DNA of 63,225 nt, the filler included, from Chiloscyllium plagiosum (lineage: Eukaryota), in assembly GCF_004010195.1 (NCBI RefSeq). It is 4 parts of one record of this genome, joined end to end, with 100 filler letters (N's around TTAATTAATTAA, not from the genome) between each part and the next. Parts side by side here need not be neighbours in the genome. Positions count along the whole stretch, not along the records: positions 36,328 to 54,524 come from NC_057711.1; 3 more parts are not named here. One strand, given 5' to 3'. A program made the position numbers and the translations under genes. Position 1 is the first letter of the stretch. The number at the start of each line of letters is the position of its first letter. This document shows positions 42,390 to 54,149 of this stretch, in pieces. The notes beneath the pieces were generated by a model. That model was not told the origin of the DNA. It searched no databases and saw nothing but the letters and a program-made list of their open reading frames with translations.

Positions 42390-43772
42390 AATCTGTATGG
42401 ACTTTAGGAAGGCGTATGACAAAATTCCCCATGGGAGACTGGTTAGCAAGGTTAGATCTCATGGAATACAGGGAGATGACAGAGGGTGGTGGTGAGGGTT
42501 GTTTTTCAGACTGGAGGTCTGTGACCAGTGGAGTGCCACAAGGATGGGTACTGGGGCCACTACTTTTCATCGGTTATATAAATGATTTGGATGTGAGTAT
42601 AAGAGGTATACTCATTAAGTTTGCAGATGACACCAAAATTGGAGGTGTAGTGGATAGCCAAGAAGGTTACCTCAGATTACAATAGGATCTTGATCAGATG
42701 GGCCAGTAGGCTGAGAAGTGGCAGATAGAGTTTAATTTAGATAAATGCAAGGTGCTGCATTTTGGGAAAGCAAATCTTAGCAGGACTTATACACTTAAAT
42801 GGTAAGGTCCTAGGGAGTGTTGCTGAACAAAGAGATCTTGGAGTGCAGATTCATAGCTCCTTGAAAGTAGAGTCGCAGGTAGATAGGATAGTGAAGAAGG
42901 CGTTTGGTATGCTTTCCTTTATTGGTCAGAGTATTGAGTACAGGAGTTGGGAGGTCGTGTTGCAGTTGTACAGGACATTGGTTAGGCCACTGTTGGAATA
43001 TTGCATGCAATTCTGATCTCCTTCCTATTGGAAGGATGCTGTGAAATTTGAAAAGGTTCAGAAAAGATTTACAAGGATGTTGCCAGGATTGGAGGATTTG
43101 AGCTATAGGGAGAGGTTGAATACTTTGAGGAGAAAGTGAGGTCTGCAGATGCTGGAGATCAGAGCTGAAAATGTGTTGCTGGAAAAGCGCAGCAGGTCAG
43201 GCAGCATCCAGGGAACAGGAGAATCGACGTTTCGGGCATAAGCCCTTCTTCAGGAATAGGGCTTATGCCCGAAACATCGATTCTCCTGTTCCCTGGATGC
43301 TGCCTGACCTGATGCGCTTTTCCAGCAACACATTTTCAGGAGAGGTTGAATAGGCTGGGGGTGTTTTCCCTGGAGTGTTGGAGGCTGAGGGGTGACCTTC
43401 TAGAGGTTTATAAAGTTATGAGGGATATGGATAGGCTAAGTAGACAAGATTTGTTTCCCTGGGGTGGGGGAGTCCAAAGATAGAGGGCATAGTTTTAGGG
43501 TGAGAGGGGAAAGATATAAAAGAGACCTAAGGTGCAACTTTTTCACACAGAAGGTGGTAAATGTATGGAATGGGCTGCCAGAGGAAATGGTGGAGGCTGG
43601 TACAATTGCAACATTTATAAGGCATCTGGATGGGTGTATAAATATGAAGGGTTTGGAGGGATATGGGCTGGATGCTTGCAGGTGGGACTAGATTGGGTTG
43701 GGATATCTGGTCAGCATGGACAGTTTGGACCAAAGGCTCTGTTTCCATACTGTACATCTCTATGACTATATA
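42390..43772 (+). mobile_element. CR1 ORF2 3' part
   Basis: SGVPQGWVLGPLLF, KFADDTK, LVRPLLEYC; interrupted at 43123-43339. Confidence 0.92.
43123..43339. mobile_element. Palindromic Penelope-terminus mini-insert with target-site duplication
   Basis: 82-bp inverted arms 43165-43246 and 43258-43339; GGAGAGGTTGAATA at 43109-43122 and 43339-43352. Confidence 0.88.
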
Positions 43773-43882
43773 ACTGCAGGGAATATTAAATGTTAATGTT
43801 TGTTTTTTCTTTTTTATGCAAAGACTGTACAGAACTGCTTTATTATCTGCATATGTACATAATGTTTTGATGAGTAAAGTGT

Positions 43883-44194
43883 GCGGCACGGTGGGTGGGC
43901 GGCACGGTGGTTAGCATTGCTGCCTCACAGCGCCAGAGACCCGGGTTCAATTCCCGCCTCAGGCGGCTGACTGTGTGGAGTTTGCATGTTCTCCCCGTGT
44001 CTGCGTGGGTTTCCTCCGGGTGCTCCGGTTTCCTCCCACAGTCCAAAGAGTTGCAGGTCAGGTGAATTGGCCATGCTAAATTGCCCGTAGTGTTAGGTAA
44101 GGAGTAAATATAAGGGTATGGGTGGGTTGCGCTTCGGCGGGGTGGTGTGGACTTGTTGGGCTGAAGGGCCTGTTTCCACACTGTAAGTAATCTA
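43883..44194 (+). mobile_element. Young HE1-type V-SINE
   Basis: GGCGGCACGGTGGTTAGCATTGCTGCCTCACAGCGCC...GGTTCAATTCCC B-box; CpGs intact. Confidence 0.92.
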
Positions 44195-44599
44195 GTATAT
44201 TGTTGCACTGAACTTTCCAGCAGTGTTCAAGTTCTGTTCTACTGAGCAATCCCTGCTCAAATAGATTCCATATACGTCTGCAAACCTGTTCAATTCATAA
44301 CTTTTATTCCAAATTCCATCACCCCCTAAATTTCAGTGCAAGCTTTTTACATGTTGTTACTTAATCAGTTATATCTGCAATATCCATTTCCCAATCACAA
44401 TACTTCTACAAATAATAACTTGTTACGATATGCAACAGTACGTGATGTGCAAAATCGGTTTGGTTACAGCATTTGCCAAGTGCTGTGAATGATTACAGAT
44501 GGGAAAAACATGTTTTGATGATGTGGAATTTCTTTTTCGTTCACTCAGTGGACTGTGGTGATTGAGTTTTCCAAGTTCAACTCGCGTTAAATTTGGGTG

Positions 44600-46490
44600 A
44601 TTCTGGATCAGTGGTGCTGGAAGAGCACAGCAGTTCAGGCAGCATCCGAGGAGCTTCATCAAAATCGACGTTTCGGGCAAACGCCCTTCATCAGGAATAA
44701 AGGCAGAGAGCCTGAAGCGTGGAGAGATAAGCTAGGGGAGGGTGGGGGTGGGGAGAGATAGCATAGAGTACAATGGGTGAGTGGGGGAGGAGATGAAGGT
44801 GACAGGTCAGGGAGGAGAGGGTGGAGTGGATAGGTGGAAAAGGAGCTGGGCAGATTGGACAAGTCCGGACAAGTCATCGGGACTGGAAGTTTGAAACTAG
44901 GATGAGGTGGGGGAAGGGGAAATGAGGAAGTTGTTGTAGTCCACATTGATGCCCTGGGGTTGAAGTGTTCTGAGGCGGAAGATGAGGCGTTCTTCCTCCA
45001 GGCATCTGGTGGTGAGGGAGCGGNNNNNNNNNNNNNNNNNNNNNNNNNNNNNNNNNNNNNNNNNNNNNNNNNNNNNNNNNNNNNNNNNNNNNNNNNNNNN
45101 NNNNNNNNNNNNNNNNNNNNNNNNNNNNNNNNNNNNNNNNNNNNNNNNNNNNNNNNNNNNNNNNNNNNNNNNNNNNNNNNNNNNNNNNNNNNNNNNNNNN
45201 NNNNNNNNNNNNNNNNNNNNNNNNNNNNNNNNNNNNNNNNNNNNNNNNNNNNNNNNNNNNNNNNNNNNNNNNNNNNNNNNNNNNNNNNNNNNNNNNNNNN
45301 NNNNNNNNNNNNNNNNNNNNNNNNNNNNNNNNNNNNNNNNNNNNNNNNNNNNNNNNNNNNNNNNNNNNNNNNNNNNNNNNNNNNNNNNNNNNNNNNNNNN
45401 NNNNNNNNNNNNNNNNNNNNNNNNNNNNNNNNNNNNNNNNNNNNNNNNNNNNNNNNNNNNNNNNNNNNNNNNNNNNNNNNNNNNNNNNNNNNNNNNNNNN
45501 NNNNNNNNNNNNNNNNNNNNNNNNNNNNNNNNNNNNNNNNNNNNNNNNNNNNNNNNNNNNNNNNNNNNNNNNNNNNNNNNNNNNNNNNNNNNNNNNNNNN
45601 NNNNNNNNNNNNNNNNNNNNNNNNNNNNNNNNNNNNNNNNNNNNNNNNNNNNNNNNNNNNNNNNNNNNNNNNNNNNNNNNNNNNNNNNNNNNNNNNNNNN
45701 NNNNNNNNNNNNNNNNNNNNNNNNNNNNNNNNNNNNNNNNNNNNNNNNNNNNNNNNNNTTCAAAGGAGAGATTGTTAAGGGTGAGGACCAGTTCGGCCAA
45801 ATGAATGAGAGTGTCGGTGGAGGGGTACTGTTGGGAACGTCTGGAGAGGAAAAACCGGAGGGCTTGGAGGCCCTGGTCATGGCGGATGGGGGTGTAGAGG
45901 GATTGGATATCCATGGTGAAGGTGAGGTGTTGGGGGGCGGGGGAGCGGAAGTCTTGGAGGAGGTGGAGGGCGTCTTGAACGTATGTGGGGAGTTCCTGGA
46001 CTAGGGGGGGATAGGACAGTGTCGAGGTAGGTAGAAATGAGTTCAGTTGGGCAGGAGCATGCTGAGACAATGGGTCGGCCAGGGTGGTGAGGCTTGTGGA
46101 TCTTGGGAAGGAGGTAGGACCGGGCAGTGCGGGGTTCCCGGACTATGAGGTTGGAAGCTGTGGGTGGGAGATTTCCTGAGGTGATGAGGTTCTGTATGGT
46201 CTGGGAGATGATGGTTTGGTGATGGGGGGTGGGGTCATGGTCGAGTGGGCAGTAGGAAGAGGTGTCCTCGAGTTGGCGTTTGGCTTCAGCGGTGTAGAGG
46301 TCAGTGCGCCAGACTACCACTGTGCCCCCTTTATCCGCCGGCTTGATGGTGAGGTTGGGATTGGAGCAGAGGGATTGGAGGGCTGCGTGTTGTGAGGGTG
46401 AGAGGTTGGAGTGGGGGAGGGGGGTAGACAGGTTGAGGTGGCTAATGTCCCTGCGGCAGTTGGAAATGAAGAGGTCGAGGGCAGGTAATA
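44600..46490 (-). mobile_element. Penelope-like element (RT through GIY-YIG C-terminus), middle in N-gap
   Basis: IKPADKGGTVVV, LPKIHKP..PGRPIVS, TMDIQSLYT, RLRTLQPQGIN. Confidence 0.92.
44661..44700 (-). ncRNA. Minimal hammerhead ribozyme core in a Penelope terminal repeat
   Basis: Minus strand CUGAUGA-A-GGGC-GUUU-GCCC-GAAA-C-GUC; stems I and III very weak. Confidence 0.55.
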
Positions 46491-48505
46491 GACTCAAGCC
46501 AAAATTATGGCTTATTTTGTTTCAACGAGGGCAGGTGAGTAGGATTTTTGTTTAAAATCGTAAGAGTAAATACAGAGAAACTGTTTCATGTAGCAGCGAG
46601 GTCAGTAATCAATCGTACGCAGATTTAATATGGCAGCTAAAAGAATTGGCGTAACATAAAGAAAACAATATATCATTGTACACCATTGTGATCCAGAATG
46701 TTAAAAATCACACACCAGGTTGTAGTCCAACCGGAAGCACTAGTTTTCAGAGCGCTCCTTCATCAGGCCATTGTGGAGCCAGATCATACGTCACAGAATT
46801 TATGGCAAAAGATTACAGTGTCATGCAACTGAAACGATTCATCTCATATTTGGAAATAAACCTGTTGGGCGATAATCTGGTGTTATGTGACGTTTAACTT
46901 AGTCCATCCCAGTCCATCGTGATCCAGAATGTGCTGCCCGAAAGGGTGATTGGACCAGATTCAGTTGTAACGCCCAGCAACGATAAATACTTGAAGTCGA
47001 AATATTTGCATCCGTCATTTAGAAAGAGCACGCGAAGTGAAAATAATTAGACAGCTTTACTAAAAGGGCGAGTCAGACATAATGAGCCAAACTGCCTCTA
47101 CCTGCACTGTTTGGTTCAATGTTTCTCCACTAGAGCTCAAACTGGTCCTGACTGAGGAGACACGATAAGAGATTTGACAATGTGCCTGGCTCATGACGTA
47201 TATTTGCCAAGATACCATCCATTGGTCCTTTGAATAACGAGAAAGCATATTTGAACCAGAAGGGGAAAAGCAAAGAGTGTACAGAACCACTTTAGTAATC
47301 TGTGTATGTACTCGTTTTATGTCCTGGACTATGGACCCTGGATTCTCAATCAAGAAATAAAAACGATAACTGGAGCTTACCACCATATGTCGAAATGTTA
47401 CAGAGTACAAATTCTCATACAGAGATTATACCACGATTAGAAATTGTCTCACGGAGACCATACAAATACAATTCCCTAAATTACAAATAAAAACAGAAAT
47501 CGCTGGAGAAACTCCGCGGATTTATCAGCCTCTCTCCACAGGTGCTGCCACAGAACCAGCAATTTCTGGTTTTGTATCAGATTTCCAGCATAAGTGTTGG
47601 AACCTGTACAGTGCTCTGACCCTTGTATCGTAAGATATAGATTTTTACGCAAATCAGGTTGTTACACCTTGCAAACCACAGGGTGATATTGAAGTCCTTA
47701 CAGTGTGGGATCAGATCATTCGGCCCATCGAGTCCACGCTGATTCAAGCCTTATCCGAAAGCGCTGCAATCCTCCATGTGTCACTCGACCAGAAATGTTA
47801 ACTCTGATTTCTGTCCGCAGATGCAGCCGGACCTGCTAGCATTTCCAGCTATTTTTATTCCCCATGGCTAACCTGGACACTATGGGCAATTTCCCACGGC
47901 CAATCCACCTGACCTGCACATCTTTGGACTGTGCGAGGAAACCCACGTAAGAGAATGTGCAAACTGCACACAGACAGTCGCCCGAAGCTGCGACTAAACC
48001 CAGATCCCACGCACCGTGAGGAAGCACGGCTAATAAATGAACTAACACACCGCCTCCCACAGCCAGGAGCCAGCTGATCATGACATTTGGATCAGTGACA
48101 GAAAACATCCTCTTGTCAAGTCCATCCTGTAGTGTGGTGACCACAGATTTACACAGTACTCCGACAGTGACTTAAATAACATTATTTGCAGCTCAATCAC
48201 AAACTCCTTTCCTGTTCAATACCTGGACTAATAAAGAGAAGGATTACATACTTTTGTACGTAACGCTTTTTTAAAAAATCTGAAATCATGCAGCACTGTT
48301 CGATGCACTCCTGAAGACAAATCATCCCAATTTCACAACCGATCTCGCCCTTCCACTGTAACGCTTTGTTTTAAACGAGAATCTCAAATCATGCAGCGCC
48401 GTTCGGCGCACACCTAAAACCAAAACACTCCAATTTAGCATCCGATTTCGCCCTTCCATTGTAACGCTTTGATGGAAATGGGAAATTTGAAACACAGGTG
48501 CTCAC

Positions 48506-48637
48506 CTTTCCCATCCTGTTAACTCCCAGGATACGAGGGGTGAGCGTTTCCATTGGGGAAGTGTGAGTGGCATGGATAAAGGTCCCCTTGAAAACCTGGA
48601 GGCTTTCGCCTTGTGGACAGGGAGCTTCGCTTGTCAT
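48506..48637 (-). CDS. GDA: Guanine deaminase coding exon 1, copy A (intact, proximal)
   Basis: ATG at 48637; MTSEAPCPQGESLQVFKGTFIHATHTSPMETLTPRILGVNRMGK then donor AAG|GTGAGC (phase 0). Matches recalled vertebrate GDA N-terminus (FRGTFVHSTWTCPMEVL...LLGVSDSGK). Confidence 0.93.
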
Positions 48638-48768
48638 GATGTGAACTGATGGGCTTCTTCTCCAGCACCGAGAAACAGTGGGGAGGAAATGTCAAGAGCA
48701 CACCACTTGCCTGACTGAAGCTGACGCTTTGGGCGTGCATACCGAACAGTGGGAGGATACCTTCCTTT

Positions 48769-48840
48769 TGATAAACAAATAAGTGTCCGCTGGGTTTGCC
48801 CTAGAGTCATCAAACCAAAAAGGGTCAAATATTTAGCAAT
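48769..48840 (-). promoter_or_regulatory. Putative GDA proximal promoter motifs (FOX/GATA overlap, nuclear-receptor half site, C/EBP-like site)
   Basis: TGATAAACAAATAA 48769-48782 (also 50886-50899 and 53161-53174), AGGGTCA near 48821, ATTTAGCAAT 48831-48840; 130-200 nt upstream of the ATG. Motif match only. Confidence 0.3.
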
Positions 48841-49500
48841 CGAAGAAATAAAATCTAATCAAATAATCACGTCGTTCCTAGTGCCCATCACACACCAAAG
48901 TTTTAAAAGGACAGATTTCAGTCCCCAACAATTGACACTCTTGAGGTACCCAATCTCCCATTCCACACATGGAAGGACTCCCTTCAGCCCATCCTAGTTG
49001 AGCAGGAATCATCCACCTATTCTAATCCCATTTTCCACATTGTCCCAAATGGTGTTTCAAGTCATCATTTAAATTGTTCGGAAATATCTTGAGGGTTCAC
49101 ATCTCTACCACCCTTTTGAGATCCAAATACAAGCCCCTGGGTGCAAAGAGTTTTCTTCAGATTCCTTCTAAACCTCCCACTCCTTACCTTAAAGCTGTTC
49201 CGTGGTTATTGATCCCTCTACTAAGGAGAAACATGTCTCCCTATTTGCCCTGTCTATTGTCCAGAAAACTTTGTCCTAAGGAAAACCAACCCCAAGGATA
49301 CCTAGTCTCTCTTCATAGCTGAATTACTTCAGCTCTGGAAACATCCTGATGAATCTCTTCTAAGCCCTCACGAGTGCAATCATGTCCTTCCTACCGTGTG
49401 GTGCCCACAGATTTACACAGTACTCCGACTGTGACCTATATAACATTATATGTAGCTCCATCACAACCCCCTTGACGATTCAATGCTTGGACTAATAAAA

Positions 49501-50478
49501 TTAAAAAACACACAATACCAGGTTACAGTCCAACACGTTTATTTGGAAACATTAGCTTTCAGAGCACTGCTCCTTCATCAGTTTGTTGTGGAGAATAAGG
49601 TCGTAAGACACAGAATTTACAGCAAAAGTTTATAATGTGATGGAACTGAAATCATAAAGTGAAAGAGACCTGGATTGTTTGTTAAGTCTCTCATCTTTTA
49701 GAATGAACATGTTGGATTCAGTTCTTTCATAAGTAAAATGCAGAACTTCTTAAAAGTTACATTCTCAAGTGATTTTTAACAATTGGTGTCATGTCCGGCC
49801 CAGATAATGCATGTAGTGTGTGAGGTGCCCTGTGTGAGACTGTCTGTGCCACAATGGTCAGACTGATTCCAATCAAAAAAACTGATTTGCAGAATATTAC
49901 ATGGATTCATGCAGTTATTAAGCAAACTAAAATATAATTTTGCAAGTACAAATTCACCCCACAAACTTATATGTGTGTGGGTGTGCATGTGGGCATGTTT
50001 GTGGGGAGGGAGTTGAGGGGGTTATGAGTGTCTGTGAGAGAGAATTCGTATGTGTGTATGGTTAAAGTGGTATAAATCTATGAGAGGGTGTGTGGCGGGG
50101 GGCGGGGGGCGGGGGGGGGGGGGGGTGAGTGTGGGAGCATATGTGAGCGTATGGCAGAGCGCTTGCTTATGAGAGAGGGTCTGTGTGAATATATGGGTCT
50201 GCAGGAGTGTGTCTGTGTCTGTGTGTGTGTAGAGTGCAGTGGGGTCACCTGTAGTGTGACACGAACCCAAGGTCCTGTGTGAGACCATCCCCATGCATAC
50301 CGAACTTGGCTATCAGACTCTTGCTTGGCCATTTTGCGTGATTGCCTGTCCCGAACTCCGCCTTGGAGGATAGTCACCCGATGGCTAGTGCTTCCAAATA
50401 GACCTGTTGAACTATAACCTGGTGCTGTGTGATTTTTAACTTTACACACCTCAGTCCAATACCGGCATCTCCAAATCA
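49501..50478 (-). mobile_element. Penelope insert between exon-1 copies A and B
   Basis: Inverted termini and degenerate GIY-YIG C-terminus; flanked by decayed TGGACTAATAAAG duplication. Confidence 0.85.
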
Positions 50479-50658
50479 TGGATTACTAAAAAGAAGGATT
50501 CCATACTTTTGCATGTAACCGTTTTTTTTTAAAATATCAAATCATCTAGCACCATTTGATGCACATCTAAAAACAAAACATCCCAATTTAACACCCGATT
50601 TCGCCCTTGCGCAGTAAGCTTTTGTTTGAAATGGGAAATTTGAAACATGGGTGCTCAC

Positions 50659-50754
50659 CTTTCCCATCGTGGTAACTCCCAGGATACCATTGGGGAAGTG
50701 TGAGTGGCATGGATAAAGGTTTTCGCCTTGTGGACAGGGAGCTTCGCTTGTCAT
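50659..50754 (-). CDS. GDA: Duplicated GDA exon 1, copy B (alternative first exon or pseudo-exon)
   Basis: ATG 50754; MTSEAPCPQGENLYPCHSHFPNGILGVTTMGK|GTGAGC. 20-nt and 16-nt deletions relative to copy A (net -36, frame restored). Copy is certain; use in transcripts is unknown. Confidence 0.55.
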
Positions 50755-51627
50755 GATGTGAACTGTTGGGTTTCTTCTCCAGCACCGAGAAACAGTGGGG
50801 AGAAAATGTCAAGAGCACACCACTTGCCTGACTGAAGCTGACGCTATGGGCGTGCATACCGAACAGTGTGCGGATACCTTCCTTTTGATAAACAAATAAG
50901 TGTCCGCTGGGTTTGCCCTGGAGTCGTCAAACCAAAAGGGTCAAATATTTAGCAATCGAAGGAATAAAATCTAATCAAATAATCATGTCGTTCCTGGTGC
51001 CCATCACACACCACAGTTTAAAAAGGACAGATTTCAGTCTCCAACAATTGACACTCTTGTGGTATCCGATGCCACATTTAGAGTCAAAATACATGGAAGG
51101 AGTCCCTTCAGCCCATCCTGGTTGAGTAGGTCAATAATCATCCATCTTTTCTAATCCCATTTTCCACACTTGCTCCAAAGCCTTCAATGTTATGGTGTTT
51201 CAAGTCATCATTTAAATTGTTCGGAAATATCTTGAGGGTTCTCATCTCTACCACCCTTTTGATTTCCAGATACAAGCCCGTGGGTGCAAAGATTTTTCTT
51301 CAGATCCCTTCTAAACCTCCCACTTCTTACCTTAAAGCTGTTCCCTGGTTACTGACCCTCTACTGAGGAGAAACATGACTCCCTATTTTTCCTGTCTATG
51401 GCCCTCAAAACTTTGCTTTAAAGAAAACCAACCCCAAGGATATCTAGTATCTCTTCATAGCTGAATTGCGTTAGCGCCTGATGAATCTCTTCTCCGCCTT
51501 TATTATTGTAATCATTCCTATTGCGTGGTGACCAAAAATTTACACAGTACTCCGACAGTGTCCTTAATAACATTTTCTGCAGCTCCATCATAATGTCCTT
51601 GCCTATTCAATGCTTGGACTAATAAAG

Positions 51628-52725
51628 TTAAAAAATATCACATAATACCAAGTTATAATCCAACATGTTTATTTGGAAACACCAGCTTTTGGAGCACTGC
51701 TCCTTCATCAGTTTGTTTTGGTGTATAAGATCATAAGACACAAAATTTGTGGCAAAAGTTTACAGTGTGATGTAATTGAAATTATATATTGAAAAAGACC
51801 TGGATTGTTTATTAAGTCTCTCATCTTTGAGAATGAATGTGTTGGTTTCAGTTCTTTCATAAGTAAATTGCAGAATTTTTTTCAATTACATTCTCAAGTG
51901 AACTTACATTACATTCTCAACTGGTGTCATGTCGGCCCAGATAATGCATTTAAGGTGTGAACTGCCCTGTGTGATACTGTCTGTGCCACAATGTTCAGAC
52001 TGATTCAAAGTTAAAAAATGGATTTACAGAATATTACATGGATGGTGCAGTTTTAGAGCAAATTAAAATGTCATTCTGCCTACAAATTTACCCCTCAAAC
52101 TTATATGTGTGTGTCTGTATGTGAGCAGAGGTAGAGGTCTCTGAGTGTGTGTGTGACACGAACCCAAGGTCCCGGTTGAGAGCATCCCCATGGGTACCGA
52201 ATTTGGGTATCAGCCTCTGTTTGGTCACTTTGCTTTGTTGCCTGTCTCCAAGTTTACCTTGGAGGACGGTCACTCGAAGGTCTGAGGGCGAAAGTCCCAG
52301 ACTACTGAAGTGTTCTCTGACTGGGAGGGAACCCTCCTGTCTGTTGATTGTTGTGCGATCTCCATTCACCCATTGTTGTAGTGTCTGTTCGGAGTCACCA
52401 ATGTACCATGCCTCTGTGCATCCTTGCCTGCAATGTAAGAGATAGACAACATTGGTTGAGTCACATGCACACCTGCCACATACACTTGAAAAGATGAATG
52501 ACTTAACAAACAATCCAGGTCTTTTCCAAAAAAAAATTTCAGCTGTATCGCATGTAAACTTTTGCTATAAATGCAGTGTCTTACGACCTTATACTCCACA
52601 CCCACCTGATGAAGGAGCAGTGATCCAAAAGCTAGTGCTTCCAAATAAACCTGTTGTACTATAACCTGGTGCTGTGTGATTTTTAACTTTGTATACCCCA
52701 GTCCAGCAGCGGCATCTCCAAATCA
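51628..52725 (-). mobile_element. Penelope insert between exon-1 copies B and C
   Basis: CDSTNVVYLLHCRQGCTEAWYIGDS (GIY-YIG); exact TGGACTAATAAAG at 51615-51627 and 52726-52738. Confidence 0.9.
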
Positions 52726-52899
52726 TGGACTAATAAAGGGGATTCCATACTTTTGCATGTAAACCTTTTTAAAATCTCAAATCATCTAGCACCGTTCGAT
52801 GCACATCTTTAAAACAAAACATCCCAATTTAACACCCGATTTCGCCCTTCCACAGTAACGTTTTGTTTGAAACAGGAAATTTGAAACATGGGTGCTCAC

Positions 52900-53028
52900 C
52901 TTTCCCATCCGGTAACTCCTAGGATACAAGGGGCGAAAGTTTCCACTGGGGAAGTGAGCGGCATGGATAAAGTTCCCCTTAAAAACCTGGAGGCTTTTGC
53001 CTTGTGGACAGGGAGCTTTGCTTGTCAT
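52900..53028 (-). CDS. GDA: Duplicated GDA exon 1, copy C (alternative first exon or pseudo-exon)
   Basis: ATG 53028; MTSKAPCPQGKSLQVFKGNFIHAAHFPSGNFRPLYPRSYRMGK|GTGAGC. 2-nt and 1-nt deletions relative to copy A (net -3, frame restored). Use in transcripts is unknown. Confidence 0.55.
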
Positions 53029-54149
53029 GATGTGAACTGATGGGCTTTTTCCTCCAGCACCGAGAAGCAGTGGGGAGGAAATGTCAAGGGCACACCACTT
53101 CCCTGGCTGAAGCTGACGCTTTGGGCGTGCATATCGAACAGTGGGCCCATACTTTCCTTTTGATAAACAAATAAGTGTCCACTGAGTTTGCCCTGGAGTA
53201 ATCAAACCGAAAGAGTCAAAGCATTAGCAATCGAAGGAATAAAATCTCAACAAATAATCATGTCGTTCCTGGTGTCCGTCACACACCACAATTTAAAAAG
53301 GACAGATTTCAGTCCCCAACAATTGACACTCTTGAGGTATTCGATCCCACATTTAGAGTCAAAGTACATGGAAGGACTCCCTTCAGCCCATCCTAGTTAA
53401 GCAGGTTAATAATCATCCATCTATTCTAATCCCATTTTCCACACTTGCACCAAATCTTTGAATGTTAAGATGTTTCAAGTCATCATTTAAATTGATCTTA
53501 AATGTCTTGAGGGTTCACATCTCTACCACCCTTTTGAGTTCCAGATTCAACGCCCTGGGTGAAAGATTTTTTTCACATCACCTCAAAATCTCCCACTTCT
53601 TACTTTAAAGCTGTTCCCTAGTGACTAATCCCTCTGGTAAGGGGAAACATTTCTCCTATTTAACATGTCTCTGGCCCTCAAAACTTTGTTCTGAGGAAAA
53701 CCAACCCCAAGGATACTTCAGCTCTGGAAACATCCTGATGTATCTCTTCTCCGCCCTTTCAAGTGCAATTACGACCTTCCTATCGTGTGGTGCCCACAGA
53801 TTTACACAGTACTCTGACTGTGACCTATCTAACATTGTATGTAGCTCAATCACAGACTCCTTGCCTATTCAAAGCCTGGACTATTCAAGTTAAAAATCAC
53901 ACAATACCAGGCTATAGGCCAACAGGTTTACTTGGAAACACTGGCTTTCGGAGCGCTGCACCTTCATCACTTTGTTGTGGAGTATATGATTGTAAGACAC
54001 AGAATTTATAGCAAAAGTTTACGATGTGATGTAACTGAAATGACATATTGAGAAAGACCTGGATTGTTTGCTAAGTCTCTCATCATTTAGAATGAACATG
54101 TTGGTTTCAGTTCTTTCTTAAGTAAATCACAGAACTTTTTAAAAGTTAT

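Noticed and set aside
43883..43960. tRNA-like sequence with A and B boxes
   Set aside because: Head of an HE1 SINE, continuous with the SINE body.
44874..46070. Long ORFs containing runs of X (also 56804-57577)
   Set aside because: Artefacts of reading through N-gaps.
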